In this document: positions 23,027 through 31,371 of the stretch, in pieces
Layout: every line of letters starts with the position of its first letter
Position numbering within the stretch: position 1 is the first letter of the stretch
DNA from: Octopus sinensis
Lineage: Eukaryota
NCBI RefSeq assembly: GCF_006345805.1
Contig: NW_021832290.1
Coordinates: forward strand, 1 to 31,371
Reading direction: 5' to 3'
Length of the DNA stretch: 31,371 bases
The notes under the pieces: model-generated
The model's input: only the letters and a program-made list of their open reading frames with translations
What the model was told of the DNA's origin: nothing
The model's database searches: none
Made by a program: the position numbers and the translations under genes

Positions 23027-23422
23027 CTAGCAGTATCGCCCGGCGTTGCTCGGATTTGTAAGGGAAATAACTATATAAGCATTTTTAGAGAGTTATAGCC
23101 AAAAAATAACAAAAAAATGCATTAAAAATGGAAAAAAAAATGATGGTAAATTTTTTTTTTAATCGTTGACTCATCGTAGACATTTTTAGAGAGTTACTTC
23201 CCTTATATAATAGCGAAAAATGCATTAAAATGGGAAAAAATGATGGTAAATTTTTTTTAATCGTAGACTCATCGTAGACGCGCGCTAATACCCAGAAGGG
23301 CTCGATATGAATCACGACTATAAGATACCCGGTTTTGGTTACACTGCACCGCAAAATGTGGGAGTAGTTAGGAATCTAAATCGTAGGAGACAGACCCACA
23401 ACTTCTCTTTTATATATAAAGA
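23027..23422 (-). mobile_element. Non-autonomous Helitron, second copy
   Basis: Same TC..CTAG termini and hairpin as 19587-19986, with an internal ~100-bp tandem duplication. Confidence 0.8.
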
Positions 23423-24153
23423 TTTCTACCTGGCTTCTTTGCCAACTCAAGACTTCTGTTTCTTCTATATTTTATCTTTTACTCGTTTCAGTCACTGGAC
23501 TCCGGCCATACTGGTGCACGACCTAGAAGAATTTTTAGTCGAACGAATCACAAATAGTTCATCTCCATTTAAATTGCGTAATGGGAAAACTGTAGGGCGT
23601 TAGTTTCGATTACTTTTGTTCTGAGTTCAAACCCTGCTGAACTCAACTTTCTTCCGTTCGATTTCAATAAATTAAATATTAGTCCCGTACTCGAGTCGAT
23701 TTTTCTTCTCGCTCTCTCTTTCACATTTTCATACGCTCTCTATTTTCCTCTTTTTCCTCCCTCCCCTCTCTCTCTCTCTGTGTCTCTCTCCCCCTCTCTC
23801 TTTCGCCCTCTCTGTCTTTCTCTTTCTCGATCGTGTTAGAAGTGGAAAAGAATGACCCCCCTACCAGGTTTAAAATGCCAAGTCACGTCAAATATCATGG
23901 CGAGGCTACTAGGTTTCCATAAGCAGTTGAAATCCGATGGAAGGAAGGAAGAGCGGAAAGAAGGAAGGAATAATCGATTATATAGACCCCAGTACTGGTA
24001 CTTTATTTTACCGGCGCTGTGATTGGTGCCAGCCATGTAAAAAAACAAAACAAAAACAAAAACAAAAAACCCTCAATGGATCTGTTTATTAGAAATAAAG
24101 TCTCAGGAAGGAGATATGAAGTTAGAAAAGAAGAAAGAGGTGATGAAGCTTAC

Positions 24154-24258
24154 CTTCGGGTAGCTCGAGGGAAGTGGAATCTATGTTTGCAATGGTAATA
24201 TTTTTCTGTACCGGGGTAGCTGGACAGCCAGGTCGACCAGACAGAATCCGTTCTATTC
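24154..24258 (-). CDS. PRDM14: PRDM14-like pre-SET exon
   Basis: Minus strand ctccttcttgcag|GA ATA..CCC GAA G|gtaagc; 105 nt, phase 1-1, strong acceptor and donor. Encodes (G)IERILSGRPGCPATPVQKNITIANIDSTSLELPE(G), matching the recalled vertebrate HAISG..DKDSLQLPEG segment, and splices in frame to the 6885 acceptor. Confidence 0.85.
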
Positions 24259-24302
24259 CTGCAAGAAGGAGGTTTATATGCAATAAGATGATGTGAATGT
24301 AA

Positions 24303-24305
24303 GGG

Positions 24306-24398
<93 letters not shown>

Positions 24399-24580
24399 CA
24401 TACATACATACAATACCACACACACTCTTTCTTTTAGAACGGTGGATCTCGAAGCGAGTAAAGCTATATATAATAGCGAGTAAATATTGAGTAAATATTG
24501 GCTTAAAGCACCCTGTAGATAAAAAGATATTTACCCAAGCACGCACACATATATATGCATATATATACATTTATCGATAC

Positions 24581-24676
<96 letters not shown>

Positions 24677-24683
24677 CATATAT

Positions 24684-24771
<88 letters not shown>

Positions 24772-24790
24772 CATATATAAATATATATAT
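24303..24790. repeat. Two (TA)n-rich microsatellite blocks upstream of the pre-SET exon acceptor
   Basis: Direct reading; separated by ~140 bp of unique sequence. Confidence 0.93.
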
Positions 24791-24825
24791 GCACGCGCAC
24801 GTGTGTGTATAAGTATGTATTTGAA

Positions 24826-24978
24826 GAGCTTCCACACAGTTTCCAGCTACCAAATTCATTCACAAGGCATTGGTCGGTCCGGTGCTTTAGTAAAAGACAC
24901 TTTGCCAAAGTAGCGTGCAGTGGAACTAAACCCAAAACCATGTGGCTTTAAAACGTGCTCCTTAACCACACACCATCT
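24826..24978 (-). mobile_element. SINE family C-related 5' half
   Basis: Reverse complement of the ggcaaagtgtctt..gaccgaccaatgccttgtgaatgaatttggtag segment and a degenerate tRNA head. Confidence 0.7.
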
Positions 24979-25117
24979 GGAAAAAAAGTAGCTCGTACTT
25001 GGCGAGCTGGAACCAGTAACCTTTCGGTTAACAACCGAACAGGCTAACCGGGAAGAGAAAATGAGAAAAGTGCACTCCTGTAGAGTCAGATTCATATATT
25101 GAGCTAAATTCGATGCT

Positions 25118-25501
25118 GTGGAAGCATTCCGTCGGTTACGACGATGAGGGTTCCGGTTGATCCGATCAACGGAACAGCCTGCTCGTGAAATTAACGTGTA
25201 AGTGGCTGAGCACTCCACAGACACGTGTACCCTTAACGTAGTTCTCGGGGATATTCAGCGTGACACAGAGAGTGACAAGGCCGGCCCTTTGAAATACAGG
25301 TACAACAGAAACAGGAAGTAAGAGTGAGAGAAAGTTGTGGTGAAAGAGTACAGCAGGGATCACCACCATCCCTGCCGGAGCCTCGTGGAGCTTTATGTGT
25401 TTTCGCTCAATAAACACTCACAACGCCCGGTCTGGGAATCGAAACCGCGATCCTACGACCGCGAGTCCGCTGCCCTAACCACTGGGCCATTGCGCCTCCA
25501 C
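25118..25501 (-). mobile_element. SINE family A, full length
   Basis: 12-bp TSD aaattcgatgct (25106-25117 / 25502-25513). Confidence 0.93.
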
Positions 25502-25615
25502 AAATTCGATGCTAGAAATATGATAACAGGTAAATTATATACATTAGCGATCTCAGGTACAAACTTCAGTTTCAGTATAATAAATTGGAAACTAAGCATA
25601 TTGAAGAACTTAGAC

Positions 25616-25982
25616 CAATGGTTCTCAACCATTTTTTAACCTATGGACCCCTTTGATTCCTGTTTTATTCGAGTGGACCCTCATACCCATTTGATGTTTA
25701 AAAGAAACCTTATTGTATATTTATAATTAAATATTATTAGGAATTGTATAAAAAAAATATTTTGTGTATTAGAGAAACAACCAATTCATTGCCCATAAAT
25801 TTTATACTCTATCCATATAGGCGTAGGAGTGGCTGTGTGGTAAGTAGCTTGCTTACGAACCACATGGTTCCGGGTTCAGTCCCACTCCGTGGCACCTCGG
25901 GCAAGTGTCTTCTACTATAGCCTCGGGCCGACCAAAGCCTTGTGAGTGGATTTGGTAGACGGAAACTGAAAGAAGCCCGTCG

Positions 25983-26043
<61 letters not shown>

Positions 26044-26349
26044 GTGTGTGTGTGTTTGTGTGCCTGTGTTTGTCCCTACACCATCGCTTGACAACCGATG
26101 CTGGTGTGTTTACATCCCCGTAACTTAGCGGTTCGGCAAAAGAGACCGATAGAATAAGTACTAGGCTTACAAAAATAAGTCTTGGGGTCGATTTGCTCGG
26201 CTAAAGGCGGTGCTCCAGCGTGGCCGCAGTCAAATGACTGAAACAAGTAAAAGAGTAAAAGAGTAAGAATATAAGAACATTGATCCATATAAGAACAAAA
26301 TCTTTTATGGATCCCCTATGATTATATCGACCCCAGTTGAGAACCTCTG
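25616..26349. mobile_element. hAT (Charlie-like) MITE with a nested SINE
   Basis: TIRs CAATGGTTCTCAAC (25616) and GTTGAGAACCTCTG (ending 26349); degenerate 8-bp TSD acttagac/gctttgac. Confidence 0.75.
25817..26266 (+). mobile_element. SINE family C, full length, with internal (TA)n/(TG)n
   Basis: tRNA head taggcgtaggagtggctgtgtgg..ggttcagtccc, central microsatellite, (GAGTAAAA)n tail; atccatata duplicated at 25811 and 26283. Confidence 0.92.
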
Positions 26350-26718
26350 GCTTTGACTGAAAGGACCAAGGCACTAAGAACATTTTGTGCTCCCCAAAGC
26401 TGATGTAGATAGAATTTATTGATTCAACATACAAGAACATACAAGAGGGTCTGATACAAATACAAAATTACTAGTATTTAGACATTATATTTTACCGAAT
26501 TTTTTGCTTTTGTTAACAGCCTACTCAAGATAGCTTTCTCTGCTAACGGGAAAGAAAGAGCTATTAAAAAAAAAAAAGAGAAAGAAAGGAAAGGCCTTGC
26601 AGTCGGCTCCCCATGTGAAGATGAAATAATTTTCGAATACACGGAAATGAAATTTAAAATATATAAAAGGATTTTCTTAAAAATGATAAACTGGAAAAAA
26701 AGTACGAAAAAACATTTT

Positions 26719-27030
26719 GGCTATCTTTAAAAAGGCCACACTATCAAAGGAGTATACTATCCCAACTTGCTGAGGCAGTTACGGAACACCAAGCGACCAG
26801 GAAAACTGAGGAAAGGGTTCTTGTTTCATCAGGACGATGCTCTAGCACACAAATCCTTGGTTTCAATGGCTGCTGTGCGTGACTTTGACTTTGCAGTGTT
26901 TGATCACCCTGTCTATTCCCTTAATTTGGCCACATTTGACTATCATCTGTTCCCTCAACATGAAAAGAACTCTTGACCGGGAACCAGTATCGCAGTGATG
27001 ATGACGTCATGTCTGCTGTTGACTTTTGAT
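26719..27030 (+). pseudogene. Mariner (DD34D) transposase fragment
   Basis: GYL*KGHTIKG..LLRQLR..KRPGKLRKGFLFHQDDALAH..DHPVYSLNLATFDYHLFP, then after a frameshift LTGNQYRSDDDVMSAVDF: a decayed HQDNAPAH / HPPYSPDLAPSDYHLF mariner signature. Confidence 0.9.
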
Positions 27031-27031
27031 G

Positions 27032-27443
27032 ACTCTTTTACTCATTTACTCTTTTACTTGTTTCAGACATTTGAATGTGGCCATGCTGGAACACCGCCTT
27101 TAGTGGAACAAATCGACCCCAGGACTTATTCTTTGTAAGCCTAATACTTATCCTATCGGTCTGTTTTGCCTAACCGTAAGTTATGGGGACGTAAACACAC
27201 CAGCATCGATTGTCAAGCGATGTTGGGCGGACAAACACAGACACACAAACATACATACACACATACACATATATATAAATATTAATACGATGGGCTTCTT
27301 TCAATTTCCGTCTACTAAATCCACTCACAAGGCTTTGGTCGGCCCGAGGCTATAGTAGAAGACACTCGCCCAAGGTGCCACGCAGTGGGACTGAACCCGG
27401 AACCATGTGGTTGGTAAGCAAGCTATTTACCACACAGCCCCTC
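27032..27443 (-). mobile_element. SINE family C, full length
   Basis: Reverse complement of 25817-26266; it truncates the mariner fragment. Confidence 0.9.
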
Positions 27444-27580
27444 AGTCGTTTTTTAAAAAATGACCCTGGGTTCTATATGCGAAGTTTCATTAAGTCAGTA
27501 AAACATTTTCCCCCTGAATATGAGCTGCTGAAATTAGGGTGTATCTAATATGCCCGTGTATCTATTATGTCATCAAACAC

Positions 27581-27744
27581 GAGCTGGCAGAATCATTAGC
27601 ACGTCGGATGAAATGCTTAGCAGCATTTCTTTCGGCAAAGTCGATCTCAGCCGAATTTGAACTCAGAACGCAAAGACGGGCGAAGTGCTGCTAAACATTT
27701 TGTTCTTCATGCTAACGATTCTGCCATGATAATATATTATGATA

Positions 27745-27814
<70 letters not shown>

Positions 27815-28248
27815 AATATATATATATATGATAATATATACCTTATGATAATACATACATTATGATAATAATAGTTCTGAGTTTAAATGGTGCCGAGGTC
27901 GAGTTTGCATTTGATCTTTTCGGGATCGATAAAATAATACCAGTCACGTACTGGGGTCGATATAATCGACTTACTCCTTACTCTTCTCCTAAAATTGCTA
28001 GCCTTCGGTCAAAAATTGAAACTATTATTATCATTAAAGCGGTTGGCCGGCAGAACCGTCAGCATGAAGGACGAAATGCCTAGCAGGATTTCTCCCGTCT
28101 TTACGTTCTCAGTTCAAATGCTCGTGAGGTCGACTTTGCCTTTCATCCTTTCGGGATCGATAAAATAAATACCAGTCAAGTACTGGGGTCGATGTAATCA
28201 GCTAGCCCCTTCCCTTCAAAATTTCCGCCAGTGTCTATAGAAGAGAGG

Positions 28249-28252
<4 letters not shown>
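27581..28252. mobile_element. Cluster of old family B SINE pieces
   Basis: Plus head 27581-27630 joined to a minus head 27631-27726, then degenerate plus copies ~27875-28030 and ~28040-28252. Confidence 0.7.
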
Positions 28253-28293
<41 letters not shown>

Positions 28294-28739
28294 GTCATTA
28301 TTATTATATTTGTTCTTGTAATGTCGCTCTCTCTGTCGTCCTTGTGGCAGTAAGGGAAAACATTATCATTATTATTTTCGTAATAATAATAATAATAATA
28401 ATATAATAATAATAATAATAATAATAATGATTTTTATTATTATTATCCTATCCTCCCACCGCCATATTTTCGCTGCCATCTTCATGCTCCAGAAAATAGC
28501 ATCAATATTATTTTTACTGAAATCATTTTCATTGATAATTCATTATTGTTTATGAGAGCGATGTAACAGAAAATGGTGGAAGAGGTGTGGGGGAGGCAAA
28601 AGTTGCGGAATCAGCTCGATGGGGTAGGGGGTAGAGTGGGGGAGACGTGGTTTTTTTATTGTTTTGGGCAATGTTTAAAGCACGCATAAACTCACACACA
28701 TACTCACACTTAAACCTATACCAACACATATACATACAT

Positions 28740-28959
28740 GATTACACACACACACACCAATATATGTATATGTACATTATGTATATATATGTATATATGT
28801 GTATATACATACATATATATAAGTATTTTATGTATATATATGTATATATGTGTGTATATCTACATATATATATGTATATCTACCTCTCTCTCTCTCTCTC
28901 TATCTATCTATATATATATCTATCTCTCTATCTATATCTCTCTTCCTCTCTCTCTCTTC

Positions 28960-29011
<52 letters not shown>

Positions 29012-29079
29012 ACCTGTCTGTCTACCTATCTATCTACCTATCTACCTACCTACCTATCTGCCTGCCTGCCTGTCTGCCC

Positions 29080-29164
<85 letters not shown>

Positions 29165-29165
29165 C
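28740..29165. repeat. Compound (TA)/(CT)/(CTAC)/(TCTG)/(TCTA) microsatellite
   Basis: Direct reading of the tandem units. Confidence 0.93.
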
Positions 29166-29384
29166 AAATCTATTTGTTTCACTTTTTATCACTGGACGTC
29201 TTTCTCAATTTCAATTCTATTCCACTCTCTCCTACCAAATTTGTTTGGAATCTTTTCCACCTAGTAGTAGAAGTGGTTGTAGTGGTGGTCGTGTGAGTAG
29301 TAGTAGTAGTAGTAACAGTTCTTTTATTTGTTGCGTCAATATTTGCTTTTGGTAAGTAATTGTTGTTTTCTCATATAAGAAAAT

Positions 29385-29725
29385 GCCGCCATCATCGTCG
29401 TAATCGTCATCGTTATCATCATCATAAACATCCTCATCATTACCCCCCCCCCCGCCACCATCACGATCACCCCCACCACCATCACGATCACCCCCACCAC
29501 ATCACGATCACCACCATCAACAACAACAACACTTACCACCACTACCACCATCACCACCATCACCACCGAATCACCTACAACACCACTTACCACCACCATC
29601 ACCACCACCAACAACAACACCACTTATCACCACCAACAACACCACCACACCACCACTACAACCACCACGACTACCATCACCACCACCAACAACAACAACA
29701 CCACCAACAACAACAAAGTCATCAT
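29385..29725. repeat. Imperfect (CAC)/(CAA)/(CAT) trinucleotide array
   Basis: Direct reading; source of the poly-H and poly-V ORFs. Confidence 0.9.
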
Positions 29726-29821
29726 CGTCCTCATCAAAAATTATTATTTAACAAAAAGATTTCTCTTATCTTTTATTTAAACCTGTAAATCTCACTATTT
29801 CTTTTAATTTCTACACAAGCT

Positions 29822-30212
29822 ATAGGCGCAGGAGTGGCTGTGTGGTAAGTAGCTTGCTAACCAACCACATGGTTCCGGGTTCAGCCCCACTGCGTGGCAT
29901 CTTCGGTAAGTGTCTTCTGCTATAGCCCCGGGCTGACCAATGCCTTGTGAGTGGATTTGGTAGACGGAAACTGAAAGAAGCCTGTCGTATATATGTGTGT
30001 TTGTGTGTCTGTGTTTGTCCCCCTAGCATTGCTTGACAACCGATGCTGGTGTGTTTACGTTCCCGTCACTTAGCGGTTCGGCAAAAGAGACCGATAGAAT
30101 AAGTACTGGGCTTACAAAGAATAAGTCCCGGGGTCGAGTTGCTCGACTAAAGGCGGTGCTCCAGCATGGCCGCAGTCGAATGACTGAAACAAGTAAAAGA
30201 GTAAAAGAGTAA
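29822..30212 (+). mobile_element. SINE family C, full length
   Basis: Same head, body and (GAGTAAAA) tail as 25817-26266, with a short internal microsatellite. Confidence 0.92.
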
Positions 30213-30263
30213 GCTTCTCTCACCATTTTTCATCTCTCTCCTCTCTCAATCTATGTTTGTCAG

Positions 30264-30298
<35 letters not shown>

Positions 30299-30325
30299 AT
30301 CTTTCTGTCTCTGTCTGTCTACCAA

Positions 30326-30356
<31 letters not shown>

Positions 30357-30889
30357 ACTGGGAATAACTTCCCTCTTCTATACTCTCAATGCTGCCACAC
30401 AATCTCTCTTATTGCCCATGAAAATCTTGATTCACTGCCTTTCATACTCCCACCATAACTCAATCTCATACTTGCCCTTTCCCTCCCCTATTCCTCTTCG
30501 TCTCCTCCTCTCTCATTAACTCACTAATTCTCTCTCTGACTCACTCTGACTCTGACTCTGACTCTCTAACTCTCTCTCTCCCTCTCTTTCAAATGATTCT
30601 CTTTCTCTCTACTCTCTCACAACACACCCTATAAAACCTCCCAGACTCCCTCACAACACACCCTATAAAACTTCTTTTTCGTTCTACCTTTGGTTCAGCC
30701 CTGGTCCATTCTTTTTACCTTAAACTATCTCACTGGTCCCACTTATCAAACGATGGGGACAAGATTCGAAATTGGGGCAGGTGCAGTGCATTTACGGACC
30801 TTCGTTTCGTTCTTGTACTTTGCCCGAATCTTGATGAGCGTAAAATATATATCTTGTGAATTAATAATATAATGGATACTTCATTTTAT

Positions 30890-30922
30890 GAAATGATGAT
30901 GATGATGATGACGATGATGATG

Positions 30923-31006
<84 letters not shown>

Positions 31007-31008
31007 GC

Positions 31009-31063
<55 letters not shown>

Positions 31064-31073
31064 TAATAATAAT
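30890..31073. repeat. (GAT)n/(AAT)n/(AAC)n/(AAT)n compound trinucleotide array
   Basis: Direct reading of the tandem units. Confidence 0.96.
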
Positions 31074-31074
31074 A

Positions 31075-31371
31075 CATGACAGAGTTGAACCTACATACAT
31101 TGGAAGCTAGCCAACATTATGGAATAACAACAGAAAAAAGATGGTATGGCCACACCCAAAAAGGTCACAGAAAACGAGAAGCAACCATACTCGGGATATG
31201 CCGATACACCACAGATAGAGAATTAAGGCCAACAGACCAGATATAGTTGTCAGAGATCATGAAGAAAAAAAATGCTTTCTAATTGATGTATCAATACCGG
31301 CAGATGACAACGTGTCTCTAAAAGAAATGGAGAAACTCTCAAAATACAAAGACCTGGAAATAGAGGTAACT
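31075..31371 (+). mobile_element. 5'-truncated R4/Dong-like non-LTR retrotransposon, restriction-like endonuclease region
   Basis: With several single-base frameshifts: HDRV..YIHWKL..QHYGITTEKRWY..KVTENE..ATIL.DMPIH, then an open KANRPDIVVRDHEEKKCFLIDVSIPADDNVSLKEMEKLSKYKDLEIEVT (PD..D..K motif); runs off the window. Confidence 0.88.

Noticed and set aside
26438-26465. Possible mariner left TIR (tacaagagggtctgatacaaa)
   Set aside because: Only a loose resemblance, and no partner TIR survives in the window.

Overview
AT-rich, repeat-dense animal genomic DNA. The SINE families, compound microsatellites and a Dong/R4-like LINE look like Octopus/coleoid cephalopod DNA; this is inferred from recognition, not from a search. 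The only well-supported gene is part of a minus-strand PRDM14-like gene. It has a 105-nt pre-SET exon at 24154-24258 (..DSTSLELPE-G) and the 161-nt first PR/SET exon at 6725-6885 (G-LAIYQ..GTRFGPFKG..DNSFMWE), joined in phase 1 across a ~17.3 kb intron. The remaining SET and zinc-finger exons (expected below base 1) and the N-terminal exons (expected above base 31371) were not found. Inside that intron is a second S-L-D-L-P-E-G plus phase-1 donor (donor at 16531), a candidate alternative or duplicated exon and the most interesting observation here. The rest is tRNA-derived SINEs of at least four families (many with clear target-site duplications), two non-autonomous Helitrons, hAT-, piggyBac- and MULE-like MITEs, mariner/Tc1 relics, a palindromic Penelope-like repeat with two hammerhead-ribozyme-like cores, and microsatellites. 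Almost all ORFs in the supplied track are microsatellite or SINE artefacts.
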